DNA from: an uncultured Clostridia bacterium
GTDB taxonomy: Bacteria > Bacillota > Clostridia > TANB77 > CAG-508
Assembly (NCBI GenBank): GCA_947631315.1
Contig: CANRLA010000002.1
Location: 1-36,023 of the forward strand
Length of the DNA: 36,023 nt
Direction: 5' to 3'
A model generated the notes under the pieces. It did no database searches, had not been told where the DNA came from, and saw only the letters and a list, made by a program, of their open reading frames with translations. A program made the translations under genes and the position numbers. Shown here one piece after another: positions 16,352 through 24,717 of the stretch. Every line of letters begins with the position of its first letter. Position 1 is the first letter of the stretch.

Positions 16352-17101
16352 TTATTCTTTTTTTCCTCTTTCTGCAATTCCTTTTAATGCTTCTAGTCCT
16401 TCAACTGGAACTGCAAAAATTACTGTATTTGATTGATCTGAGCTTAAATCATTTAACGTTGATAGTGTTCTTAAATGAAGTGCTCCTGGTGCCTCACTTA
16501 AAACTTTTGCTGCTTGTGCTAGATTGTTTGAAGCCTCAACTTCACCAGCTGCTTTTGTGATAACTGCTTGTTTTTCTCTTTCCGCTTCTGCTACTTTAGC
16601 AATAACTCTTTTCATTTCTTCAGGAAGTGCAACATCTTTAAGTTCAACATTTTCAACTTTTATACCCCATGGATCAGTTGCTTCATCTACTATCTTACAT
16701 ATTTCTGTGCTTAATTTATCTCTTTGTGTTAATAATTCATCTAAAGAAACAGAACCTACTATATTTCTCATAGTTGTTTGAGCTAATTGACTTACTGCAT
16801 AGTTAAAATTTTCAACTGCAAGTACTGCTTTTGATGCATCAAATATTTTATAATATAAAACTGCATTTATTCTAATTGATACATTGTCTTTAGTAATAGC
16901 TTCTTGCTCAGGTACATCAACTGTTTTTGTTCTAATATCAATCTTTTTATATGAATAAAATATTGGAAAAACAAAATGCCATCCTGGCTCTAACATTTTC
17001 TTAAATTTACCACAGAAAAATAATACTCCTCTTTCATATTCATTAATTTGTTTTATTGATATTAATACAATTATTAAAATAAGAATGGTTAAAGTTATCA
17101 T
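16352..17101 (-). CDS. SPFH/Band 7 (stomatin/prohibitin-like) membrane protein.
   Basis: N-terminal TM helix. The block EYERGVLFFCGKF...PGWHFVFPIFYSYKKIDIRTKTVDVPEQEAITKDNV...YYKI is typical of the stomatin-like SPFH domain, followed by an Ala/Glu-rich coiled coil. I choose the start at MITLTIL (17101) because of the GGAGGGGAG RBS. Confidence 0.85.
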   Translation of the reverse strand: MITLTILILIIVLISIKQINEYERGVLFFCGKFKKMLEPGWHFVFPIFYSYKKIDIRTKTVDVPEQEAITKDNVSIRINAVLYYKIFDASKAVLAVENFNYAVSQLAQTTMRNIVGSVSLDELLTQRDKLSTEICKIVDEATDPWGIKVENVELKDVALPEEMKRVIAKVAEAEREKQAVITKAAGEVEASNNLAQAAKVLSEAPGALHLRTLSTLNDLSSDQSNTVIFAVPVEGLEALKGIAERGKKE

Positions 17102-17211
17102 TTTTATCTCCCCTCCTAAAATAAAAAGCAATTAATTAAATAATAATTAAAAATTCTTAAAACTACTTTTTCTTAAGTATAATTACATTTAATTAATTGC
17201 ATAAATTAATA

Positions 17212-17382
17212 TTAATTTTTCTCTGGTGCTCCTACTGGACAAACTCCAGCACATGTTCCACATTCGATGCACTTTTCAGGGTCAATTACATATTTGCTAT
17301 CACCTTCTGCAATACAGCTAACTGGACAAGATGCAGCACATGCTCCGCATTGTACACATTTATCTGAGATTTTGAATGCCAT
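17212..17382 (-). CDS. Clostridial-type 2x[4Fe-4S] ferredoxin, 56 aa (missed by the ORF track).
   Basis: Translation is MAFKISDKCVQCGACAASCPVSCIAEGDSKYVIDPEKCIECGTCAGVCPVGAPEKN, with two CxxCxxCxxxCP motifs. RBS is AGGAAGGTGGTG. The listed plus-strand ORF 17267..17662 is its antisense shadow. Confidence 0.9.
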   Translation of the reverse strand: MAFKISDKCVQCGACAASCPVSCIAEGDSKYVIDPEKCIECGTCAGVCPVGAPEKN

Positions 17383-17499
17383 TTATATCACCACCTTCCT
17401 TACTCCTACTAAATTTATTTTTATATTGTATTCATATTTTTATATTAAATTGTACATTTTTTCTTGGTATTATTTCAATGCATTTATGACTCGATTTAC

Positions 17500-18429
17500 T
17501 TATATTTCATCATTACTTGCATTCTTCTTATCATATTTATCTAATTGCTCTATTTTTTCTAATTCTTTTAATTCTTCTGGATCAATTTCTTCATCGTTTT
17601 TAATTGCCCTTTTACTGTCTTTAATTACCTTTATCTCATTTGCGTTAAACTTTTTAAAATAAACATTTTCTTCTTCATCTTTAAATTTCACTTTTACCAT
17701 TTCTTTTAGGACTTCAACAGTTTCTACTGTTCCTTCACCCTCATCTGTCATGACTATAGCTCCTGGATGTGGAAGTTTTTTCCTTTTGTCTTCATAAACA
17801 TTTTCCTCATATTTTAAACAACACATTAATCTTCCACAACTTCCTGTAATTTTAGATGTATTTAAAGATAAATTTTGCTCTTTTGCCATTTTTATTGAAA
17901 CTGAATCAAACTCATTTAAAAATGAACAACAGCAAAGTTCTCTTCCGCAAATACCATTTCCTCCTAATCTTTTGATTTGGTCTCTAACACCTATTTGCCT
18001 TAATTCTATTCTTGTTTTATAAATAGCTGCTAAATCTTTTACTAAATCTCTAAAATCAATTCTTCCTTCCGCAATAAAGTAAAATATAAGCTTAGAATTA
18101 TCAAATAAATATCTTGCTTCAACCAGTTCCATTTCTAAGCCATGCTCTCTTATCTTTTTCTTGCAATTTTCTAAGGCTTCCTTTTCTTTTTCTTCATTTT
18201 TTCTTTGATGTTTTAAATCTTCTTTATCTGCAATTTTAATTACATTCTTTAAATCGTTTTTGATTTTTGATTCATCTACTAATTTATTGACTATTGAAAC
18301 AGTGCCCAGTTCTTTTCCCATACTAGTTTCAACTATTACACTGTCACCTAATTTAGGTTCAAATTCACCTGGGTCAAAAAAATATATCTTGCTTGGCTTT
18401 TTAAACCTAACTCCTATAACTTTTTTCAT
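17500..18429 (-). CDS. ricT: PSP1-domain regulatory iron-sulfur protein RicT (YaaT).
   Basis: The N-terminus VIGVRFKKPSKIYFFDPGEF..GDSVIVETSMGKELG and the Cys cluster GICGRELCCCSFL...GSCGRLMCCLKYE are diagnostic of PSP1/YaaT. It has the conserved position just downstream of holB. Confidence 0.85.
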   Translation of the reverse strand: MKKVIGVRFKKPSKIYFFDPGEFEPKLGDSVIVETSMGKELGTVSIVNKLVDESKIKNDLKNVIKIADKEDLKHQRKNEEKEKEALENCKKKIREHGLEMELVEARYLFDNSKLIFYFIAEGRIDFRDLVKDLAAIYKTRIELRQIGVRDQIKRLGGNGICGRELCCCSFLNEFDSVSIKMAKEQNLSLNTSKITGSCGRLMCCLKYEENVYEDKRKKLPHPGAIVMTDEGEGTVETVEVLKEMVKVKFKDEEENVYFKKFNANEIKVIKDSKRAIKNDEEIDPEELKELEKIEQLDKYDKKNASNDEI

Positions 18430-19384
18430 TAAATTCCTCCCATATATGCATTAATAAATAATCAATACACATATCATAATTATTGTTTGACATTAATTTT
18501 TGCTTAGTTTTCTCCACTATTTCAACAAGATTTATCCACTTTTTTTCAAAGAAAATGACATTCATATATTCTAACATATTCATTATATCATCTTTATTGC
18601 TGTAAAGCAACTCACTTTTATTAAACAATTCCTCTAATGTACATTTCTTTGCAATTAAATCTACTATATAATTTAATTGCTTATATTGTTCTTGCTTTTC
18701 TTCTATATTTTTAGAATTTTCAAGACTGCCCTCTAGTATTTTAACAAAATCATCTGATAAATTTGGTATAATGGCTTTAATTTCATTATCTGAAAGTGCA
18801 TTGAACTTTACTAAAATGCATCTAGATTTTATAGTAGATAATATCTTACTTTCATTTGAGACAATTAGTATTATAACTGCATATCTTGGCGGTTCTTCTA
18901 AAGTTTTTAGCAAACAATTTTGGCTCTCTTCATTCATCAAATCTGCGTCATCTATAACATAAACTTTTCTATTTGATACTATTGGCTTTTCTGCTATTTT
19001 TTCTTGCATTTTTCTAATTTGCTCTACTTTTAAAGTTTTTCCATCCGGAAAAATCTCTGAATAATCAGGATTAGAACCCGTTTCAAACTTAATGCATGAT
19101 TCGCAATCAGAACCTGCTTCTACTTTGTTATACAATTCCGAAACAGCACTATTTTCATCTTTTATTAATTTTTTAACAGTATTCTCCTTATCTGATGCTA
19201 CACTATTTTCTAAATTCAAGCACATTATTTTTTTAGCAAATTCTCTTGCAAAAAGCTTTTTTCCAATGCTTGATTTTCCAATGAACATGTAGCTATGTGA
19301 AATATTATTATTTTCTACAGATGTTTTTAGATATTCTTTAACTTTTTCATTTCCAACTATATTATTAAACAAGCTTTCCTCCAT
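18407..19384 (-). CDS. holB: DNA polymerase III delta' subunit.
   Basis: HSYMFIGKSSIGKKLFAREFAKKIMC (P-loop-like), VYVIDDADLMNEESQNCLLKTLEEPP and SRC motifs. holB-ricT synteny is typical of Firmicutes. Confidence 0.85.
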   Translation of the reverse strand: MEESLFNNIVGNEKVKEYLKTSVENNNISHSYMFIGKSSIGKKLFAREFAKKIMCLNLENSVASDKENTVKKLIKDENSAVSELYNKVEAGSDCESCIKFETGSNPDYSEIFPDGKTLKVEQIRKMQEKIAEKPIVSNRKVYVIDDADLMNEESQNCLLKTLEEPPRYAVIILIVSNESKILSTIKSRCILVKFNALSDNEIKAIIPNLSDDFVKILEGSLENSKNIEEKQEQYKQLNYIVDLIAKKCTLEELFNKSELLYSNKDDIMNMLEYMNVIFFEKKWINLVEIVEKTKQKLMSNNNYDMCIDYLLMHIWEEFNEKSYRS

Positions 19385-19386
19385 TT

Positions 19387-20190
19387 TTATTTTACTTTTC
19401 CAAATTTATTAAATGGGAAAAATCTTAACACTACTTTACTTTCTATTTTTTCAAGTGGAACACAACCAAATTCTCTACAATCTGTTGAGTTTTCTCTATT
19501 ATCTCCCATAGCAAAAACACAATTTTCCGGAACAACAAAATCATAATATGGACCTGTCGCTGGTGTTTTTACACTAGGATTTAAGTAATCTTCTTTAAGT
19601 TCTTCTCCATTTATATAAACTTTATCGTCTTTTATCTCAACATGTTCGCCTGGAAGTCCTATTACTCTTTTTATATAACTTGTTTTATTAATCTCTAAAA
19701 CATAATAAACAAATTTATTCCACCAACCCTGTGGCTCATTTTCATATTTAGCAACTGGATTCTCCATATCAATTTCTGATAAATCAGTATTTTTGGTTGG
19801 TTCTTCAAATGTAATAATATCCCCCCTATTAGGAAGTTTTTTTAATGTTTTATTTATTCTACTTAAAATAAGTCTATCTGATTGCTCAAGAGTTGGATAC
19901 ATAGAACTCATCTTTACTACTGTAGGAGTTCCAATATAATATTTTATAAGTATGGCCAAAACTATTGCAATTACAATACAATATATCCATTCTATAATAT
20001 CCTTAGCTCTAGCACTTAAAACAATTGCACTCTTTTTTGCATTGTCTTGTGTTTTATTTTTATCAATGCTTTCATTTTCTTGTTGTTTATCACTATTTTG
20101 ATTGTCTATATTATTTGTATTTCTTGCTTCTTCACTATTTGCATTTTGTTTTTCTGCACTCTTGTCATTCTTTTTTTTCTCGTCATCCAT
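19387..20190 (-). CDS. lepB: Signal peptidase I with about 75 aa of low-complexity cytoplasmic N-terminal extension.
   Basis: SSMYPTL (catalytic Ser box), RVIGLPGE and GDNRENSTDCREFG boxes. I place the start at MDDEKKK (20190), which follows an AAAGGAGAAAG RBS and avoids overlapping the kinase gene. Confidence 0.85.
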   Translation of the reverse strand: MDDEKKKNDKSAEKQNANSEEARNTNNIDNQNSDKQQENESIDKNKTQDNAKKSAIVLSARAKDIIEWIYCIVIAIVLAILIKYYIGTPTVVKMSSMYPTLEQSDRLILSRINKTLKKLPNRGDIITFEEPTKNTDLSEIDMENPVAKYENEPQGWWNKFVYYVLEINKTSYIKRVIGLPGEHVEIKDDKVYINGEELKEDYLNPSVKTPATGPYYDFVVPENCVFAMGDNRENSTDCREFGCVPLEKIESKVVLRFFPFNKFGKVK

Positions 20191-20206
20191 TATACTTTCT
20201 CCTTTA

Positions 20207-21541
20207 TTATTTTTTGACTGGAATTCTAATAACAACTTCTGTACCTTTTCCTAGCGTACTCTTTATATTTATATTTCCCTTATTTTGTTCAATTATTTCT
20301 TTTGCTATTGAAAGACCTAAACCTGTTCCTCCCAGTTCTCTTGATCTTGCTTTATCAACTCTATAAAATCTTTCAAATATCTTATCTATATCCTCTTTTG
20401 GAATACCCATTCCACTATCTTTTATTTTAACATAAGCATCATTATGGACATAACCAACATATATAGATATCTTTCCCCCATTTGGTGTATATTTAACACT
20501 ATTACTAATTATATTTATAATAACTTTTTCTATTCCATCTTTGTCAGCAAGAACCGGTGGAACATCAGCTGTTACAAAACATTCCATATCTTGATTTTTC
20601 TTACGAACTTCTATTTCAAATTTTTCACTGCACTTTTTAGTAAGCTCTCCTAAGTCAAATTCAACTACATTATTCTTATTAATCTTGTTATCATATCTAG
20701 ATAAAGTAAGTAAATCTTTTACTAACTTTTCCATTCTTTCGGCATTATCATATATTATACCCAAAAAATGCTTTTCGGTTTCTTCATCACAATTGCCTTC
20801 CAATAATGTTTCTGAAAATCCCTTTATAGAAGTTAATGGCGTTTTTAGCTCATGAGAAACATCTGCAACAAATTCTTTTCTCATATCATCTAGCTTAACA
20901 TGTTCTGTAATATCTTGTACAACTACCATAACACCAGTTGGTCTATTAATCTCATCTTTAAATGGCACAAAAAATAAATTCATTGCACCTGATTTTGTAT
21001 CTATTTTTGTTTCTGATGACGTCCAATCCTCAAGATATATTATTTTTTCCATGTTTATATCTTCATATTTAGAAAATATTTTCTCAAAAGTTTTGTCAGA
21101 TTCTCGTAATTCTAACATCTGCATTGCAGCTGGGTTTATGTATATCACTTTTCCGTTCATATCAAAGGCTATGACACCATCTGTCATGTGTTTTAATATT
21201 GTATCAGTCTGCCTTTTTTGATTGTTTGCCTCTATTAATTTAAATCTTAAATCTGAAATTAACTTTTCTATTTCACCATTGCTCTTATTAGTTATATCAA
21301 TATCATCATATAAAACTGTTCCCTTAAGCATTCTAGACATTGGTGTAACAATTTTGGCTGTAGTAAAAATAGCCAAAGCAATACATGAAATTGCAAGTAT
21401 TGCTAAGGCTATCATTATTGCTAATATAATTTTTGTGTCTACTAAATTAAAATATCCAACAAAAAATGCTCCAAGTGCAATAATAACAATACTACTAATA
21501 ATGAAGAAAGAAAGTATCAATTTTAGCCAATAATTCTTCAT
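20207..21541 (-). CDS. Sensor histidine kinase (2 TM, PAS, HisKA, HATPase_c).
   Basis: H-box FVADVSHELKTPLTSI, N box ISNSVKYTPNGG, G boxes DSGMGIP and GGTGLGLSI. Two N-terminal TM helices with almost no external loop. Confidence 0.9.
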   Translation of the reverse strand: MKNYWLKLILSFFIISSIVIIALGAFFVGYFNLVDTKIILAIMIALAILAISCIALAIFTTAKIVTPMSRMLKGTVLYDDIDITNKSNGEIEKLISDLRFKLIEANNQKRQTDTILKHMTDGVIAFDMNGKVIYINPAAMQMLELRESDKTFEKIFSKYEDINMEKIIYLEDWTSSETKIDTKSGAMNLFFVPFKDEINRPTGVMVVVQDITEHVKLDDMRKEFVADVSHELKTPLTSIKGFSETLLEGNCDEETEKHFLGIIYDNAERMEKLVKDLLTLSRYDNKINKNNVVEFDLGELTKKCSEKFEIEVRKKNQDMECFVTADVPPVLADKDGIEKVIINIISNSVKYTPNGGKISIYVGYVHNDAYVKIKDSGMGIPKEDIDKIFERFYRVDKARSRELGGTGLGLSIAKEIIEQNKGNINIKSTLGKGTEVVIRIPVKK

Positions 21542-21554
21542 TTAATCCTCCACA

Positions 21555-22292
21555 CTATTTGCTAGCTATATAATATCCTATACCTCTTTTAGTTACTAGT
21601 ATTTTAGGGTTAGCTGTATTTTTTTCTATTTTTTCTCTAATTCTTCTTACTGTAACATCAACTGTTCTAATATCTCCAAAATATTCATATCCCCAAACTT
21701 TCTCTAATAATGACTCTCTAGTAACAACTTGTCCTGGTTTTTGTGCTAAGAATTTTAAAACTTCAAATTCTCTTCTTGTTAAGTCAGAAATTACTTGTCC
21801 TCTAACATTAACTTCAAATTTATCTAAATCAAGTGATAGTGAACCTACTGTAAGTATATTACCTTTATTATATCCAGTATTTCCATCTTGCTCAGATTTT
21901 CTAAGGTTCGCTTTAATTCTTGCAATAAGTTCTCTTGTACTAAAAGGTTTTGTTATATAGTCATCTGCCCCTATTTCTAATCCAAGAATTTTATCTATTT
22001 CTTCTCCTCTTGCAGAAAGCATTATTACTGGTATATTAATCTGTTCTTGTCTAATTCTTCTGCAAACTGAAAGTCCATCCATCTTTGGAAGCATTACATC
22101 TAATAAAACTAAATCAGGTTTTTCATTCATAACTTTTTGAAAACCTTCTTCTCCATCTAATGCAGAAATAAAATTATATCCTTCTTTTTCAATATTAAAT
22201 TTTAGCAAATCTATTATTGAGCCTTCATCATCTACAGCTAATATAGTCTTTTTATCTTCATCATAAGTATTACCTACTTGATTATTATCCAT
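21555..22292 (-). CDS. OmpR/PhoB-family response regulator (WalR/PhoP-like).
   Basis: Receiver domain ILAVDDE...DLVLLDVMLPKMDG...ADDYITKPFSTRELIARI, and a winged-helix C-terminus LTRREFEVLKFL...TVDVTVRRIREKIE. Confidence 0.9.
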   Translation of the reverse strand: MDNNQVGNTYDEDKKTILAVDDEGSIIDLLKFNIEKEGYNFISALDGEEGFQKVMNEKPDLVLLDVMLPKMDGLSVCRRIRQEQINIPVIMLSARGEEIDKILGLEIGADDYITKPFSTRELIARIKANLRKSEQDGNTGYNKGNILTVGSLSLDLDKFEVNVRGQVISDLTRREFEVLKFLAQKPGQVVTRESLLEKVWGYEYFGDIRTVDVTVRRIREKIEKNTANPKILVTKRGIGYYIASK

Positions 22293-22386
22293 AGCCTATC
22301 CTTCCTATATAACTAGATTTACTAATACTTATATCATACAAAAATACATTTTTCAATAAAAAATTTAAAAATATTGATAAAATAAT

Positions 22387-22498
22387 AAAATATTGTAAAT
22401 TCGGGAGTGGCGCGTAGCGATCAAAGGCGAAGCCTGCGAATGGAGCAACAACCTTTAGGTTGGGTGCGACAACAAGCCACAGAGAATTACAATATTTT
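22387..22498. ncRNA. Candidate structured RNA or miniature element: an approximately 82-nt GC-rich core (about 57% G+C by my count) closed by AT-rich inverted repeats. Class not recognised.
   Basis: AAAATATTGTAAATTC (22387-22402) pairs with GAATTACAATATTTT (22484-22498). GTGGC pairs with GCCAC inside that stem. Internal hairpins are CAACC-TTTA-GGTTG and GGC-GAA-GCC. It lies in the 213-nt gap between the glucan synthase stop and the response regulator start, and U-runs follow on both strands. Confidence 0.35.
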
Positions 22499-22505
22499 AT
22501 TTATT

Positions 22506-24677
22506 TTAAACATAGTATCTATTTATAGTATATTTTCCTTTTTTCTCTAATATTATTTCTTCTACATTTTTGCCGTCTAATATAGTTGCATTTTTACTAT
22601 TTTTTGTATATTTTATCAAGTATTCTGCATCATAATACTTTATTTTTACTTCGAAATTTTTCCATTCTTCAGGAACGCATGGTTCTATTCTCATTACTCC
22701 ATGATGAATTTTTATTCCTAATATATATTCCACCTGTGTTTTGTAAAGCAAGCTACTTGAACCTGTGTACCATGTCCAACCTCCTCGTCCTGCCAAATGT
22801 CCACTAGAACATATATCTGCTTCTACTACATATGGTTCTACTTTATATTTATCAGCACTTTCAATATTTAAAGAATGTTCAATAGGATTTATTTTTTTAT
22901 ATATACTAAATGCCTTTTCATTAAATTTTAATAATATTTCTGCAATTAACAGCCAAACAGCAGCATGTGTGTATTGACCACCATTTTCTCTTAATCCTTT
23001 TGCATAAGATGTGATATAACCTAGATTTCTTTTTTCTAATGCTGGTGTTAATAGTCTTATCAAATTATTTTCATTATCTACTAGATAATTTTCTGCACTT
23101 TCTAAACTTATATATTTTTTATCATTATCTCCGCAATTTGATATTATTGACCAACTTTGAGCAATACTATCTATTTTACATTCTTCTTCTTTTATTGTTC
23201 CTACTTCTCTACCATCATCATCAAATGCTCTCTTGTACCATCTTCCGTCCCAAGCATTTTCATTTAATGCTTTTTTTAAATTCTGTATATTCGTTGTAAA
23301 ACTTTCTTTTATTTCATCATAATTTAAATTATTAATATTTTGTATAAATTCTGCATTTGCATCCTTTCTTTCATTATTATCATTTATCGCTATTGCCATA
23401 TCTTTACTTATAGTTTGATGTTTTGCAAATTTTGCTTCATACTCAACTAATGGCATAAATCTATTTAAAATATCATATAGGAAAAATCCAAGCCATACAC
23501 TTTCTCCAATCCCTTTTGCTCCTATTTTATTCATTCCATCATTCCAGTCTCCTGATTTCATTAATGGAAGGCCATTTTTTCCAAATTTTGATGCTCTTTC
23601 TATCGCTCTTATACAGTGCTCAAAAATCGTCCCGTTTTCTTCATATTCATTATAAATACCTACTCTATCTTCTTCATTTTCTTTTAATTCTTCTGCCTTT
23701 ACATATTTTTCCTTTTCATTTAAAATGCTATAGTCTCCTGTAAAATCAACATATTCAATAACTGCATAAGGTAGCCACAAAAGGTCATCTGAGAACCTTG
23801 ATCTCATACCTAATTTAGAATCTTCATGCCACCAATGTTCTACATCTCCTTGTGTAAATTGATGTCTTGCACACATTAAAATTTGATTTTTTAAATAATT
23901 AATATCTACATATTTCATTCCTATGCTATCTTGAAGTTGGTCTCTAAAACCATATCCTCCACTTGCTTGATAAAATCCGCTTCTTGCATTTATTCTTGAT
24001 ACCAAAGTTTGATAAACCAGCCAATTATTTTGCAAAAAATCAAATGACTTTGTAGGAGTGTTTGACCAAACCTTACTCGTTTCTTCTCTCCAATATTTTT
24101 TAGTATTTTCCAGTTCTTCTTTATAATTTGCTATATATTTCGTAGCTTTATCCAAACATTCTTCTTCACTTTCCTCACACCCAATAATAAATACAATTTC
24201 TTTTTCTTCATCTTTCTTTAAATTAATTTTTATTTCGTTTTTTTCATTTATTTTTTCGCTACTTGTTACATAAGCATAGCCTGAGTTGGTTTTTATATTT
24301 TTGTATAAGTTCATATTTAAACTCTCTTTAAACACATTTACTACAAACCTTTTATCGTCATAATTTTCACCCATCTGCAAATCTAAATCATATTTTATTT
24401 TTAACCCAATATCTTCATTTGTATTATTTTTGATTTTGATAATGCTAACTTTTAAGCTATCTTGAGTTGGTACATACTGCGTACATTCTTGATAAATTTC
24501 ATTTTTTAAATAATATTTAGCATATCCTAATCCAAAACAAGTAACATATTTCTCCTTACTTTGACTATCATCAAAAGTAAGATTCCAAGTATTTTTTAAG
24601 TTTTTTCGTTTTCTTGCAGAATTACTTTTACTATACTTATATAAGCTTAAGATAAATTTTTCAGATTGTTTATCCAT
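22506..24677 (-). CDS. Cyclic beta-1,2-glucan synthase-like protein, fragment 3 of 3 (GH94 glycoside phosphorylase catalytic region).
   Basis: RFSDDLLWLPYAV, SGDWNDGMN (GH94 catalytic DWND block), GGQYTHAA and GGWTWYTGSS. The reading frame stays open upstream of the ATG (GGFIWYKNSRTNRITYFSNDSY) up to the CGG at 24744. Confidence 0.8.
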   Translation of the reverse strand: MDKQSEKFILSLYKYSKSNSARKRKNLKNTWNLTFDDSQSKEKYVTCFGLGYAKYYLKNEIYQECTQYVPTQDSLKVSIIKIKNNTNEDIGLKIKYDLDLQMGENYDDKRFVVNVFKESLNMNLYKNIKTNSGYAYVTSSEKINEKNEIKINLKKDEEKEIVFIIGCEESEEECLDKATKYIANYKEELENTKKYWREETSKVWSNTPTKSFDFLQNNWLVYQTLVSRINARSGFYQASGGYGFRDQLQDSIGMKYVDINYLKNQILMCARHQFTQGDVEHWWHEDSKLGMRSRFSDDLLWLPYAVIEYVDFTGDYSILNEKEKYVKAEELKENEEDRVGIYNEYEENGTIFEHCIRAIERASKFGKNGLPLMKSGDWNDGMNKIGAKGIGESVWLGFFLYDILNRFMPLVEYEAKFAKHQTISKDMAIAINDNNERKDANAEFIQNINNLNYDEIKESFTTNIQNLKKALNENAWDGRWYKRAFDDDGREVGTIKEEECKIDSIAQSWSIISNCGDNDKKYISLESAENYLVDNENNLIRLLTPALEKRNLGYITSYAKGLRENGGQYTHAAVWLLIAEILLKFNEKAFSIYKKINPIEHSLNIESADKYKVEPYVVEADICSSGHLAGRGGWTWYTGSSSLLYKTQVEYILGIKIHHGVMRIEPCVPEEWKNFEVKIKYYDAEYLIKYTKNSKNATILDGKNVEEIILEKKGKYTINRYYV

Positions 24678-24717
24678 ATAGCTATCATTTGAAAAATATG
24701 TTATCCTATTTGTTCTG

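Noticed and set aside
17267-17662. 131-aa plus-strand ORF spanning the ferredoxin locus and the ricT 3' end.
   Set aside because: It is antisense to a textbook 2x[4Fe-4S] ferredoxin (17212-17382, minus strand) and to the ricT tail. The translation is low complexity with no motif.
22440-22550. 36-codon plus-strand ORF starting inside the GC-rich element (MEQQPLGWVRQQATENYNILFILNIVSIYSIFSFFL), reminiscent of a type I toxin peptide.
   Set aside because: The hydrophobic tail is simply the antisense of the AT-rich 3' end of the glucan synthase gene. There is no convincing RBS and no independent support.
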